Source: Pedobacter sp. (GTDB lineage Bacteria; Desulfobacterota; Desulfuromonadia; Desulfuromonadales; Syntrophotaleaceae). From it: a DNA stretch of 64,000 nt. Of this stretch, positions 18,676-29,298 are shown one piece after another. How positions within the stretch are numbered: the stretch's first letter is position 1; each line of letters begins with the position of its first letter. The notes below the pieces were generated by a model, which saw nothing but the letters and a program-made list of their open reading frames with translations, searched no databases and was not told the DNA's origin. A program made the position numbers and the translations under genes. The DNA lies in assembly GCA_050253415.1 (NCBI GenBank), contig JBFWJC010000001.1, positions 968,679 to 1,032,678 on the forward strand, given 5' to 3'.

Positions 18676-20031
18676 ATGGATCAGAAACTGCAAATGCTTC
18701 TGGAGACTGTTAAAAAGCTTATCCGGCGTGGAGCTTACGCAAACCTGTCCAAAGTCCTCAGTAAAACACATCCTGCCGATGTGGCCCACCTTTTCCCCTA
18801 TCTGACACCCAAGGAACAGCAGACGCTGTTCAATCTGATCGAGGATACCGAAACCGCTGCCAGCGTGCTGTCGGAACTCGATTACGTAAGCGGTGCTCAA
18901 TTACTTGAAAAAATCGGTCAGGAGGCCATCACCGAAGTCCTTCAGGAGATGCCGTACGACGACGCCGTTGAAATCATCCGTAACATGCCCGAGGAGATCG
19001 CCGAAGAAATCCTCAGTACCATGAAGGATGAGCATTCGGAAGAGATCGAGCAGTTGCTGAAGTACGAAGAGGACACTGCCGGCGGCATTATGTCGACGGA
19101 GTTCTTCTGTCTGACCGAAGACACGACCGTGCAGCAGGCCATCGATGCGTTGCAGCAGGCCAAAGACGTGGAGATGGTCTTTTACCTGTATGTCGTCGAT
19201 CGCCACAATCATCTGGTCGGGGTGTTGTCGCTGCGCCAGTTGCTGATGGTGTCGCCTTCCAAGATACTCAAAGATATCATGGTCACGGACGTGATCAGCG
19301 TGCGTACCAACAAAGATCAGGAAGAAGTCGCGCAACTGGTTGAGAGATACAATATACTGGCTTTGCCGGTCGTGGACGAGTGGAACAAGCTGGTCGGACT
19401 GATCACCGTCGATGACGTCATCGATGTCTTGCGCGAGGAAGCTACCGAAGATATCTACAAGATGGCCGGTGCCAGCGAGGAGGAGTTGCTTTACGGTGAT
19501 AAGTCTTTCCAGGTTGCCCGACTGCGCTTGCCGTGGCTGATTACCAATCTGTTCGGCGGAATCATTACCGGTTACCTCATGTGGCGTTTCAAGGTAACGC
19601 TTGAAGCGGTCATTGCCCTGATTACCTTTATCCCGGTTATCACCGGTATGGGTGGCAATGTCGGCGGGCAGTCGGCCACCATCGTGGTGCGCGGTTTCGC
19701 GACCGGCGCCATCGATTTTTCCTGCTTGCGCAAAGTCTTTCTTAAGGAATTGCGGGTAGGTGTGATTATGGGGACAGTGTGCGGTTTGACCGTCGGACTG
19801 GTAGCTTACCTGTGGCACCATAATCTGTATCTGGGACTGGTGGTCGGATTGGCCATGGTTTCGGCCATGACCGTGGCGGCAACCATGGGGGTGATGGCGC
19901 CAAGCTTTTTTAAGCGGGTCGGTATCGATCCCGCTATTGCATCCAGCCCGTTTGTGCAGACGGCCAACGACATTACCGGTATCCTGATTTATTTCGGTAC
20001 CGCCACAGTGTTTTTGTCCCATCTTCATTGA
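18676..20031 (+). CDS. mgtE: Magnesium transporter MgtE
   Basis: HPAD N-domain, CBS pair, RLPWL, GMGGNVGGQS, DPAIASSPFVQTAND. Confidence 0.96.
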   Translation: MDQKLQMLLETVKKLIRRGAYANLSKVLSKTHPADVAHLFPYLTPKEQQTLFNLIEDTETAASVLSELDYVSGAQLLEKIGQEAITEVLQEMPYDDAVEIIRNMPEEIAEEILSTMKDEHSEEIEQLLKYEEDTAGGIMSTEFFCLTEDTTVQQAIDALQQAKDVEMVFYLYVVDRHNHLVGVLSLRQLLMVSPSKILKDIMVTDVISVRTNKDQEEVAQLVERYNILALPVVDEWNKLVGLITVDDVIDVLREEATEDIYKMAGASEEELLYGDKSFQVARLRLPWLITNLFGGIITGYLMWRFKVTLEAVIALITFIPVITGMGGNVGGQSATIVVRGFATGAIDFSCLRKVFLKELRVGVIMGTVCGLTVGLVAYLWHHNLYLGLVVGLAMVSAMTVAATMGVMAPSFFKRVGIDPAIASSPFVQTANDITGILIYFGTATVFLSHLH

Positions 20032-20232
20032 CAAATGTCAGAGGGGACCGTCTGGGGTGTTTGTCCTTGATTTCGATCCTGTTTGTGCCGCACAACCATG
20101 AGGTCGCTGTGTTCCACGGGCGATAAAAAGGCTGTATGTGAAACCCGGTTTGGTGATAACCGGCTTAAGTGTGTGAATTTTAGCGGATGTCTGGTTTTTT
20201 GCCGGTGAGCATTTAGGAGGTACGCTGGCGTC

Positions 20233-21009
20233 ATGGAATCCTATTCTTCGGATGCAGTGATTCTGCATCATCTGGATTACGGCGAGGCTGATCGCATCGT
20301 CACTTTTTTTAGTCTTGAGCGCGGCCTGGTCAAGGGCTTTGCGCGTCAGGCGCGCAAAAGTCGAAAACGTTTCGGTGCCGCTCTGGAGCCGTTTTCCACC
20401 GTCCATGTTCGTTGGCAGACTCAGCGGGGCGGGGATCTTGTGACGATTCAGGATGCCGATCTTATCGACCTGCGTGCCGGCTTGAGGCACAATCTGCTGG
20501 CCTTGGCGTTGGCTGCTTACGGTTGTGAATTGATTGAAAATCTGCTGGGCGAAATCGGGCCCCAGCCGGAGGCTTACCAGCTTTTGAACGCTTTTCTCAA
20601 TCATGTTCATCGTCAAGGTGGTTCGCCGGATGCCCGTCTTATATTTGAGTTGCGCATGCTGTACCTTGCAGGGTATGAACCGCACCTCCTTCATTGCTCG
20701 CGATGCGGGGGGCCGGTAAGTACTGAGCAGGTGGCTTTTTCCGCTTCTCTTGGTGGCGGTCTTTGTCTGGATTGTGTCGGCGGGGCCGATGTGCAGCGTC
20801 TTTCACCTCTGTCTCTGGGGACCCTTTCGCGTATTTTGCAGGCACCGCCTACGCTTTTCGAGGGTTTTCGTTTCGGTCCGCAGACCCTGCAGGAAGGCGG
20901 CAATGCGGTGACTTCAATGCTGAAGCAGCATCTGTGTCGTCCGATGAAATCGTTATCCTTTCTCAATCAGTTGTCCGAAGGAAGCAGGCGCGTTTCTGCC
21001 ATACGCTAG
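20233..21009 (+). CDS. recO: DNA repair protein RecO
   Basis: DYGEADRIV, LEPF, Zn motif CSRC...CLDC; located upstream of glyQS. Confidence 0.93.
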   Translation: MESYSSDAVILHHLDYGEADRIVTFFSLERGLVKGFARQARKSRKRFGAALEPFSTVHVRWQTQRGGDLVTIQDADLIDLRAGLRHNLLALALAAYGCELIENLLGEIGPQPEAYQLLNAFLNHVHRQGGSPDARLIFELRMLYLAGYEPHLLHCSRCGGPVSTEQVAFSASLGGGLCLDCVGGADVQRLSPLSLGTLSRILQAPPTLFEGFRFGPQTLQEGGNAVTSMLKQHLCRPMKSLSFLNQLSEGSRRVSAIR

Positions 21010-21232
21010 TGGCCCGGATAGAACGGGATAGGGCCGCTCTCGTTTTATGGGAGCCATGGAAAACCGGTCTCCGGACCCGGAGAAAACAGTGACTTCGGGT
21101 GCTCAGTTGCAGTCAAGTTGTTGTTTTGATAGTTGTTTTTGTGATGCAGTTCAGAGTGCCATACCTAAACATGCAGCGCATCTTACGTCGGTTGCGGCCC
21201 CAAATAGTTGGCGGGGCGCGGCGTCAAACGGG

Positions 21233-21262
21233 TTGACAGATTTGGCGCAATCAGGCTAAGCT
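21233..21262 (+). promoter_or_regulatory. Putative sigma70 promoter for glyQS
   Basis: TTGACA-18 nt-TAAGCT. Confidence 0.45.
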
Positions 21263-21345
21263 TGCCTGCTCAAATGATCGTGTATCCCGAATCCGGCGGA
21301 TGCGGCCCATGAGCAGGGTTGCCGCGGGTCGGGCCTGGAGGTTTT

Positions 21346-22218
21346 GTGACTTTTCAAGAACTGATCCTTGCTTTGCAGAATTACTGGGCCAAGCAAGGTT
21401 GTATCATCCAGCAGCCCTACGATATGGAAAAAGGTGCGGGGACGTTCAATCCCGCTACATTCTTGCGTGTGCTCGGTCCCGAGCCGTGGAATGTGGCCTA
21501 TGTCGAGCCTTCCCGGCGTCCGACGGATGGACGCTATGGTGAAAATCCCAATCGCCTTCAACATTATTACCAGTTCCAGGTCATCATGAAGCCTTCGCCC
21601 ATGAATATCCAGGAACTGTACCTCGATTCTCTCAAGAGTTTCGGCATCAGTCCTTCGCGACATGATATCCGTTTCGTCGAGGATGACTGGGAATCGCCAA
21701 CCCTCGGCGCCTGGGGTCTTGGCTGGGAAGTGTGGCTGGACGGCATGGAAATTACTCAGTTTACGTATTTTCAGCAGGTCGGCGGTATCGATTTGAAGCC
21801 GGTTTCGGCTGAAATCACCTATGGCTGTGAGCGTATTGCCATGTATCTGCAAGGTGTCGACAATGTCTATGACCTTGAGTGGATCGATGGTATCAAATAC
21901 GGCGATGTCCACCATCAGTCCGAGGTGGAATTTTCGACCTATAATTTTGAAGAGGCCGATGCCGGGATGCTGTTCCAGCTCTTCGATATGTATGAAAAGG
22001 AATGTACCCGCATCGCAAAGCGACAGCTTGTATTGCCCGCCTACGATTTTGTGTTGAAGGCTTCGCATGCGTTCAACCTGCTGGATGCGCGAGGCGCTAT
22101 TTCCGTGACTGAGCGGGCGCACTATATCGGCCGGGTCCGGAACCTGGCGCGAATGTGTGCCGAAGGCTATGTGGCCCAACGGGAGAAACTTGGTTTCCCC
22201 TTGATCAAGGGCCGGTAA
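21346..22218 (+). CDS. glyQ: Glycine--tRNA ligase alpha subunit
   Basis: [19 protein letters not shown] and [19 protein letters not shown] start after GGAGG. Confidence 0.98.
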   Translation: MTFQELILALQNYWAKQGCIIQQPYDMEKGAGTFNPATFLRVLGPEPWNVAYVEPSRRPTDGRYGENPNRLQHYYQFQVIMKPSPMNIQELYLDSLKSFGISPSRHDIRFVEDDWESPTLGAWGLGWEVWLDGMEITQFTYFQQVGGIDLKPVSAEITYGCERIAMYLQGVDNVYDLEWIDGIKYGDVHHQSEVEFSTYNFEEADAGMLFQLFDMYEKECTRIAKRQLVLPAYDFVLKASHAFNLLDARGAISVTERAHYIGRVRNLARMCAEGYVAQREKLGFPLIKGR

Positions 22219-22295
22219 CTTCCTTGTACAAAGGTAACCGCGCCACGGAAAATCCGTTTTCCGTGGCTTGCTTTTTTTGAGATGATGGAGCGCTC

Positions 22296-24362
22296 ATGTC
22301 TGCTGAACTGTTCCTGGAAATTGGCACAGAAGAAATTCCCGCCGGGTTTTTGCCGCCGGCCATGGCTGATCTTGAACGGCTGATGCGCAAAGAACTCGAA
22401 GCCGGTCGTATCGGTTTTGAGACGGTCCGAACCTTTGCCACGCCGCGCCGCCTGGTTCTGGCGGTGAGTGGTATGGCGCTTGAGCAGGCCCGTCAGGAAG
22501 TAACGGCTGCCGGTCCTTCCGTGGCTGTGGCGTTTGATGCCGACGGTAATCCGACCAAGGCTGCCCTGGGCTTTGCCCGAGGCAATGGCGTGGAGGTGTC
22601 GGAACTCGAACGCCGGCAGACCGATAAAGGCGAATATCTATACGTTTCCAAAGTTGTCGAGGGTCGCCCGACCAGCGAATTGCTGCCTGAACTTCTGCCG
22701 CGCCTGATCGATGCCATTCCGTTCAAGAAGTCGATGCGCTGGAAGGACCTTGATATTCGTTTTGCCCGTCCCGTGCACTGGATCGTGGCATTGTTCGGCG
22801 GTCAGGTGGTCCCCTTCTGCTACGGCAATTTGAACAGTGGCAATGTTTCTTTCGGTCACCGCTTCATGGCGCCCGGAGCGTTTGAAGTCACCAGCCTGGA
22901 CCAATATCTTGTAGACGCTGAAAAACAGTTTGTGATCGTTGATCCGGTCCGCCGCCGCCAGCTCATCGCGGAGCAGCTTGACGAAGTTGTCGGCCGCACC
23001 GGGGGTAAGCTCAATCCGGATGACGATCTGCTCGACGAAGTTGCTTTTCTGGTGGAATATCCTACCGCGGTCATGGGTGGCTTTGAAAAAAACTACCTGC
23101 AACTGCCGCCGGAACTGCTGATTACCGTTATGCGTGAACATCAGCGTTATTTCACTGTGGTCGATGAGCAGGGCAAGTTGTTACCGCGCTTCATTACGAT
23201 TTCCAATACCCGTGTCGAAGACCTGTCCGTGGTGCAGCAGGGCAACGAAAGAGTGTTGCGCGCCCGGTTATCCGATGCCATGTTCTTTTGGAATGAGGAT
23301 CGCAAGCAAAAGCTGGAAAGCCGACTGGAGGCTTTGAAAAACGTCGTTTATCAAGCCAAACTCGGCACCAGCTATGAGAAAGTCATGCGGTTTAAAACGC
23401 TGGCTGTGGAGCTTGCCCGTCAGCAGGTGCCTGAAGTGGCTGAGTTGACCGAACGGGCGGCGCTGTTGGCCAAGTGTGATCTCGAAACCGGCATGGTTTT
23501 TGAATTTACAGAGCTGCAGGGTGTCATGGGAAGGGAGTACGCGTTGCTCGATGGTGAAGATCCGCGTGTGGCTCGCGCGATCTTTGAGCACTACCTGCCT
23601 GTGCAGGCAGGGGGCGAACTTCCGAGTGACGATATCGGGGCGTTTGTCTCCATCGCCGATAAGATCGATTCGATCTGCGGCTGTTTTGGTGTGGGACTGA
23701 TTCCTACCGGTACCGCCGATCCGTTCGCCTTGCGCCGCAGTGCCATCGGTATTCTCAATATCATCCTGGAGCGTGGTTACCGCTTGTCTCTGGTTGCATT
23801 GGTTGAGCGCAGCCTGGTCTTGCTGGGCGACAAGCTCACCCGGCCCGCTGCCGAGGTGGCTGCCGAGGTTCTGGAGTTCATCCGCATGCGGTTCTTCAAC
23901 ATGCTGACTTCCCAGGGGCAACCCAATGATATGGTCGATGCCGTGCTGAGCGCTGCATTTGACGATCCGCTCGACGCTTTACAACGCGTTACAGGCTTAT
24001 CCAGCTTCCGTGAGGAGGGTGAATTTGAGGCCTTGGCCGTGACCTTTAAACGGGTGGTCAATATCGTCAAATCCGGCATCGAAACGCCTGTCGATGTCGC
24101 CCTGTTCGAGGCTGACTGCGAAGGCCAGTTGCTGGAAGCATTGCAACGCGTGTCCGGGAAATTTGAACAATATGTTGCAAATGGCGCCTATCTGGACGCT
24201 TTGCGCACGGCGGGTGAACTGCGTTCGCCTGTAGATGCCTTGTTTGAAGGAGTCATGGTCATGTCTCCCGACGAGGCGGTTAAAAACAACCGACTTGCTT
24301 TGTTGACTGTCGTAGCCCGACTTTTTCAGGGAATTGCGGATTTTTCAAAAATCGCGGCCTGA
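22296..24362 (+). CDS. glyS: Glycine--tRNA ligase beta subunit
   Basis: EIGTEEIP, TPRRL, RARLSDA, EFTELQG and DPFALRR. Confidence 0.97.
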   Translation: MSAELFLEIGTEEIPAGFLPPAMADLERLMRKELEAGRIGFETVRTFATPRRLVLAVSGMALEQARQEVTAAGPSVAVAFDADGNPTKAALGFARGNGVEVSELERRQTDKGEYLYVSKVVEGRPTSELLPELLPRLIDAIPFKKSMRWKDLDIRFARPVHWIVALFGGQVVPFCYGNLNSGNVSFGHRFMAPGAFEVTSLDQYLVDAEKQFVIVDPVRRRQLIAEQLDEVVGRTGGKLNPDDDLLDEVAFLVEYPTAVMGGFEKNYLQLPPELLITVMREHQRYFTVVDEQGKLLPRFITISNTRVEDLSVVQQGNERVLRARLSDAMFFWNEDRKQKLESRLEALKNVVYQAKLGTSYEKVMRFKTLAVELARQQVPEVAELTERAALLAKCDLETGMVFEFTELQGVMGREYALLDGEDPRVARAIFEHYLPVQAGGELPSDDIGAFVSIADKIDSICGCFGVGLIPTGTADPFALRRSAIGILNIILERGYRLSLVALVERSLVLLGDKLTRPAAEVAAEVLEFIRMRFFNMLTSQGQPNDMVDAVLSAAFDDPLDALQRVTGLSSFREEGEFEALAVTFKRVVNIVKSGIETPVDVALFEADCEGQLLEALQRVSGKFEQYVANGAYLDALRTAGELRSPVDALFEGVMVMSPDEAVKNNRLALLTVVARLFQGIADFSKIAA

Positions 24363-24446
24363 GCGATTTTGAAAACAATCGCTGATCCGGTGTTCAACTT
24401 TCCGGTTGAATAACCGAATACCAAATCCTTCAGGAGGAACTCTCTC

Positions 24447-27113
24447 ATGGCTGTAAAGTACGTATACTTCTTCGGCGCAAATCAGACCGAAGGCGGTGGC
24501 CAAATGCGCAATCTGCTCGGCGGCAAGGGCGCCAATCTCGCGGAGATGACGGCCATCGGCTTGCCTGTGCCCGCTGGTTTCACCCTCACTACCGAGCTTT
24601 GCACCGAATTCTATCGCAACGACCGTCGCTATCCCGATGGTGTCAGCGAAGAAGTGTCAGAGAACCTGGCCAAGCTTGAATTGGCTATGGATAAGCGGTT
24701 TGGCGACTCCGTCAATCCGTTGTTACTGTCGGTTCGTTCCGGTAGTCGCGCCTCCATGCCGGGTATGATGGACACGGTTCTTAACCTGGGACTTAACGAC
24801 ACCACCGTGCAGGGTCTGATCGACCAGAGTGGCGATGCCCGTTTTGCTTATGATTCCTACCGGCGCTTTATCCAGATGTACTCCAATGTCGTTTTGGGTA
24901 TGGATGGAGACGTGCTTGAGCATATTTTTGAAAATATGAAAGAAGCACGCGGTGTCGCTCTCGATACCGAACTCAGTGCCGATGACCTTAAGCAGCTGGT
25001 AGCGCTGTTCAAGGCCAAGGTTAAAGAGACCCTCAACCGCGAGTTCCCCGAAGATCCCAAGGAGCAGTTGTGGGGGGCCATTAACGCGGTATTCGGCTCA
25101 TGGATGAATCCGCGCGCCATGACTTATCGCAAACTCAACAACATCCCTGCCGACTGGGGCACTGCGGTTAACGTGCAGGCCATGGTCTTTGGTAACATGG
25201 GTAATGATTGCGCCACCGGCGTAGCCTTCACGCGGAATCCGTCTACCGGCGAGAATTACTTTTTCGGTGAATTTCTGCTCAATGCCCAGGGCGAAGACGT
25301 GGTCGCCGGCATTCGTACTCCGCAGCCTATCGACAAGGACAGCAGCGATGGCCACCTCCCCTCCCTTGAGGAAGTGATGCCCGAGTGCTATCAGCAATTG
25401 CTGGATATCCGCCAACTTCTTGAAAAACATTACCGCGACATGCAGGATATAGAGTTCACCATCGAAAAAGACAAACTCTATATGCTGCAGACCCGTAATG
25501 GCAAACGCACCGCTACCGCGGCTGTCAAGATTGCCGTGGATATGGTGGCAGAAGGTCTGATCGATAAAAAGGAGGCAGTACTGCGCGTAGCTCCTGAACA
25601 ACTCGATCAACTGTTGCATCCCTCCCTTGACCCCAAGGCTTGTAAGGACATCATCGCAACCGGACTGCCGGCTTCTCCCGGTGCCGCCAGCGGTGAGATC
25701 GTGTTCTCGGCCGAGGATGCAGAGAATGCTGCCAAGCTTGGCCTCAAGGTTATCCTGGTACGTATCGAAACCAGTCCCGAAGATATCCATGGCATGAACG
25801 CTGCGCAGGGGATCCTGACTGCCCGTGGCGGCATGACTTCCCACGCTGCCGTCGTAGCGCGCGGCATGGGCAAATGCTGTGTGGCCGGGTGCGGTTCCAT
25901 CAAAGTCGACTACAAGGCACAGTTGTTCACCTCTGAAAAAGGCGAAGTTTTCAAAAAAGGCGATGTCATAACCCTCGACGGTTCCACCGGTGAAGTTATG
26001 AAGGGCTTCGTCGATACGGTACAGCCGACGCTGACCGGTGATTTCGGCAAGCTGATGGAGTGGGTTGACCAATATCGCCGACTGCGGGTCCGCACCAATG
26101 CTGATACGCCGAATGACGCTGCCGTGGCACGTGGGTTCGGGGCTGAAGGTATCGGTTTGTGCCGTACCGAGCATATGTTCTTCGAGGGCGATCGCATCAT
26201 GGCGGTGCGCGAGATGATTCTCGCCGAGGATGTCGAGGGACGCAAACATGCGCTGGGCAAAATACTGCCTATGCAGAAGGGGGATTTCCTCGGCCTGTTC
26301 CGGGAAATGAAGGGACTTCCGGTTACCATCCGTCTGCTTGATCCGCCGCTGCACGAGTTCCTGCCTCATACCGATAAGGACCAGGAAGAGCTGGCCGTCA
26401 TCATGGATGTGCCCGCCAAGGTTCTTAAGCAGAAGGTCGATTATCTGCATGAATTCAATCCGATGCTCGGTCATCGCGGCTGCCGTTTGGGGGTTACTTT
26501 CCCGGAAATTTACGACATGCAGGTTCAGGCCATCATGGAAGCAGCTTGCGAACTGATTGCCGAGGAAGGTTTTGAAATTGTACCGGAGATCATGATCCCG
26601 CTGGTCGGTCACGTTGCCGAGCTTAAAATGCTGCGCGCTCGGGCCATCCGAGTGGCCGATGACGTGATTGCGCGTTACGGCGTGCAAGTGACGTATCTTA
26701 TCGGCACCATGATCGAGCTGCCGCGTGCCGCTCTTACCGCCGATGAAATTGCCACCGAAGCAGAATTTTTCTCATTCGGTACCAATGATTTGACCCAGAC
26801 CACCTTCGGACTGTCTCGTGATGACGCCGGGAAATTCCTGCCCTTCTACGTGCAGCGTGATATTCTTCCCAACGATCCGTTCGTGGTTCTTGATCAGGAC
26901 GGAGTCGGGCAGTTGGTGCGTATCGGTTGCGAAAAGGGTCGCAAGACCCGGCCCGGAATCAAACTGGGGATCTGCGGCGAGCACGGTGGCGATCCTGCCA
27001 GTGTTATTTTCTGTCACAACGCGGGGCTTGACTACGTTTCCTGCTCTCCCTATCGGGTGCCTATTGCCCGGCTTGCAGCGGCCCATGCGGCTTTGCTTGA
27101 GGAGCGCGGGTAA
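24447..27113 (+). CDS. ppdK: Pyruvate, phosphate dikinase
   Basis: GGKGANL, GGMTSHAAVVAR (phospho-His), GLCRTEHM and FSFGTNDLTQ. Confidence 0.98.
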   Translation: MAVKYVYFFGANQTEGGGQMRNLLGGKGANLAEMTAIGLPVPAGFTLTTELCTEFYRNDRRYPDGVSEEVSENLAKLELAMDKRFGDSVNPLLLSVRSGSRASMPGMMDTVLNLGLNDTTVQGLIDQSGDARFAYDSYRRFIQMYSNVVLGMDGDVLEHIFENMKEARGVALDTELSADDLKQLVALFKAKVKETLNREFPEDPKEQLWGAINAVFGSWMNPRAMTYRKLNNIPADWGTAVNVQAMVFGNMGNDCATGVAFTRNPSTGENYFFGEFLLNAQGEDVVAGIRTPQPIDKDSSDGHLPSLEEVMPECYQQLLDIRQLLEKHYRDMQDIEFTIEKDKLYMLQTRNGKRTATAAVKIAVDMVAEGLIDKKEAVLRVAPEQLDQLLHPSLDPKACKDIIATGLPASPGAASGEIVFSAEDAENAAKLGLKVILVRIETSPEDIHGMNAAQGILTARGGMTSHAAVVARGMGKCCVAGCGSIKVDYKAQLFTSEKGEVFKKGDVITLDGSTGEVMKGFVDTVQPTLTGDFGKLMEWVDQYRRLRVRTNADTPNDAAVARGFGAEGIGLCRTEHMFFEGDRIMAVREMILAEDVEGRKHALGKILPMQKGDFLGLFREMKGLPVTIRLLDPPLHEFLPHTDKDQEELAVIMDVPAKVLKQKVDYLHEFNPMLGHRGCRLGVTFPEIYDMQVQAIMEAACELIAEEGFEIVPEIMIPLVGHVAELKMLRARAIRVADDVIARYGVQVTYLIGTMIELPRAALTADEIATEAEFFSFGTNDLTQTTFGLSRDDAGKFLPFYVQRDILPNDPFVVLDQDGVGQLVRIGCEKGRKTRPGIKLGICGEHGGDPASVIFCHNAGLDYVSCSPYRVPIARLAAAHAALLEERG

Positions 27114-27148
27114 GTCATCTACCCCCCCCCTTAAAAAGGTGAACGTTG

Positions 27149-27181
27149 GCGGCCCCTGAAAATCGATCGGGGGCCGCTTTT
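27149..27181 (+). terminator. Putative terminator after ppdK
   Basis: GCGGCCCC...GGGGCCGC followed by TTTT. Confidence 0.5.
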
Positions 27182-27322
27182 GATTCCGGCTGTTGCGCCG
27201 GGTACGATCTGTGTGACCCTTGACAGTCTCTGAGATGGGGTGATAAGTTCAAAGAACCATGTACTACGCTGTGCCACAGGGTCGCGTTTCCTGTGGTTTT
27301 TTCGTTGTTTTTGAGGAGATGT

Positions 27323-27757
27323 ATGAGTAAGCAGTTGACGGCAGGAGATTTTATCGAGGCTCGTTGCACCCGTTGCAAGGCCGTGACAAACCACACCATT
27401 ATCGCCCTGGTCGGCACTGTACCGGTAAGGGTGCGCTGCAATACCTGTGACGGGGACCACAACTACCGGGCTCCCAAAGTCAAGAGCGCCCCCAAGGCGA
27501 CGACGGCTAAAACCCGCCAGCCTGGTACCGCGCGCAAGCCCAAGGCGATACAGCAAGACGCCGAACAATGGCAACAAATTGCTACCCAACTTCAGTTAGG
27601 GCAGGCTGTAGCCTATAATATGAACCGTTCTTTCAAGATCAAAGAGGCTGTAAGCCATCCTACTTTTGGCGTTGGAATTGTGGTGGAGGTCTTTCCTCCC
27701 AATAAGGTCGAGATTCTTTTTGAAGCAGGACGCAAACTTCTGCGCTGCAAGCAGTAA
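27323..27757 (+). CDS. Hypothetical protein with an N-terminal Zn ribbon and a C-terminal HPTFGVG Tudor/SH3-like module
   Basis: CTRC...CNTC and HPTFGVGIV; GAGGAG RBS. Confidence 0.75.
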   Translation: MSKQLTAGDFIEARCTRCKAVTNHTIIALVGTVPVRVRCNTCDGDHNYRAPKVKSAPKATTAKTRQPGTARKPKAIQQDAEQWQQIATQLQLGQAVAYNMNRSFKIKEAVSHPTFGVGIVVEVFPPNKVEILFEAGRKLLRCKQ

Positions 27758-27892
27758 CCTTGTAATAAATTGCCGTATTCATAGCTTCGATTCTTTGGCC
27801 CTCGAACAAGGATGCAATCCATGCGTCTTTCTGTTTTGTGGGCCAAAGTTTTTAGGTGGTGACGTTGATGACGTGGAGGCGAGATAGAAGTT

Positions 27893-28570
27893 GTGAACTT
27901 ACCGGAGTTGCATAGTTGGGATATGGCGGCCAAAGAGGCCATCGCCCTGCAGAAACTGCTGGCACAAAGCATCTGCCTTGATACCCGGTTGCCGGAACCC
28001 GTTCGGTATGTGGCCGGTGTGGATGTTTCCTACCGTCTTGGTGGGGGTGAATTTTTCGCAGCCGTGGTGGTTTTGCATCTTCCGGACATGAAAATCGTCG
28101 AACAGGTCACAGCAAGCGCCAGGGGCACCTTTCCTTATATCCCCGGGTTATTGTCCTTCAGGGAACTGCCGGTGGTATTGCAAGCGTTCAAAAAACTGCA
28201 AACGATACCTGATGCGGTACTGGTGGACGGGCAAGGCGTCGCACACCCTCGTCATCTTGGGCTCGCAAGCCATCTTGGTTTATGGCTCGACCTGCCGACA
28301 GTCGGTTGCGCAAAAAGCAGGTTATGTGGTGAACACGATCCCCCTGACCGCCAGCGTGGCGGCCAGGTACCTTTAATGTTTGAAAATGCTATCGTGGGTA
28401 CCGTGTTGACTACACGCAGCGGTATCAAACCGCTGTATATATCACCTGGGCATCTGATCGATGTCCCGGCTTCCGCGAAGTTGGTTATGAATTGTCTTGG
28501 CCGTTATCGGCTGCCGGAGCCGACCCGCCTGGCTCATCACCTTGCCAACCAGGCGCGCCGCAGCGGATGA
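27893..28570 (+). CDS. nfi: Endonuclease V
   Basis: AGVDVSY, FPYIPGLLSFRE, DGQGVAHPR, GCAKSRL and YRLPEPTR. Confidence 0.96.
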   Translation: MNLPELHSWDMAAKEAIALQKLLAQSICLDTRLPEPVRYVAGVDVSYRLGGGEFFAAVVVLHLPDMKIVEQVTASARGTFPYIPGLLSFRELPVVLQAFKKLQTIPDAVLVDGQGVAHPRHLGLASHLGLWLDLPTVGCAKSRLCGEHDPPDRQRGGQVPLMFENAIVGTVLTTRSGIKPLYISPGHLIDVPASAKLVMNCLGRYRLPEPTRLAHHLANQARRSG

Positions 28571-28622
28571 GCGGGGGCAGATTGTGGCAGTTTTTATCCT
28601 CCCCCCCCTTGTTTCAAAGTGG

Positions 28623-29276
28623 CTATTGTATGCCGATATTCAGCCAGTTTACCCCTTCAATTTCCGCAGTGATCTGATCCCCATGGACGACGGGGCCTAC
28701 CCCTGAGGGTGTGCCAGTGAGTAATATGTCGCCTTTTTCCAAGGTGAAAATAGCCGAGGCGGCGCTGAGCAGGGCAGGTATGCGATGGATCATGTCCGCC
28801 GTGTTGCCGTCCTGGCGGACCTCACCGTTGACGGATAAAATCATGCGCAATGCGTGGGGGTCCGGAACCCGGCTTGCAGGGACGAAGTCGGACAATGGGC
28901 AGGAGGTATCGAATCCCTTGGCTTGATCCCATGGCAGACCCTGTTCCTTGAGTCTTTGCTGGACATCACGCAGAGTCAGATCGATGCCGACGCCGTAACC
29001 GGCTACATGGTTCATGGCCTCCTGTTCCGGAATGTTTTTACCCCATTTGCCTATAAGTACGGCCAATTCGATTTCATGGTGGCAGAGTTGGCTGTAAGGG
29101 GGAATGATGGCGTTTTCCCGCGGACCGATAATGCTGCTGGACGGTTTGAGAAAGAAAACCGGTTCGCTGGGAGGTTCATTGCCGAGTTCGGTGGCGTGCG
29201 AACGGTAGTTGCGGGCTACGCAGAGGATTTTCCCGACCTGAAAAATTGAGTCATCGAGTAACCGGACAGTAAACAT
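28623..29276 (-). CDS. Fumarylacetoacetate hydrolase family protein
   Basis: FFLKP, HHEIEL, DLTLRD, AKGFD and GDILLTGTPSGVG. Confidence 0.92.
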   Translation of the reverse strand: MFTVRLLDDSIFQVGKILCVARNYRSHATELGNEPPSEPVFFLKPSSSIIGPRENAIIPPYSQLCHHEIELAVLIGKWGKNIPEQEAMNHVAGYGVGIDLTLRDVQQRLKEQGLPWDQAKGFDTSCPLSDFVPASRVPDPHALRMILSVNGEVRQDGNTADMIHRIPALLSAASAIFTLEKGDILLTGTPSGVGPVVHGDQITAEIEGVNWLNIGIQ

Positions 29277-29298
29277 AACATTCCTCCTGAAAAAGTCC

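Noticed and set aside
25098..26687. 529-aa minus-strand ORF and similar long antisense ORFs over asnS, mgtE, ppc and the ADH gene
   Set aside because: They lie entirely opposite well-supported genes, as expected from codon bias.
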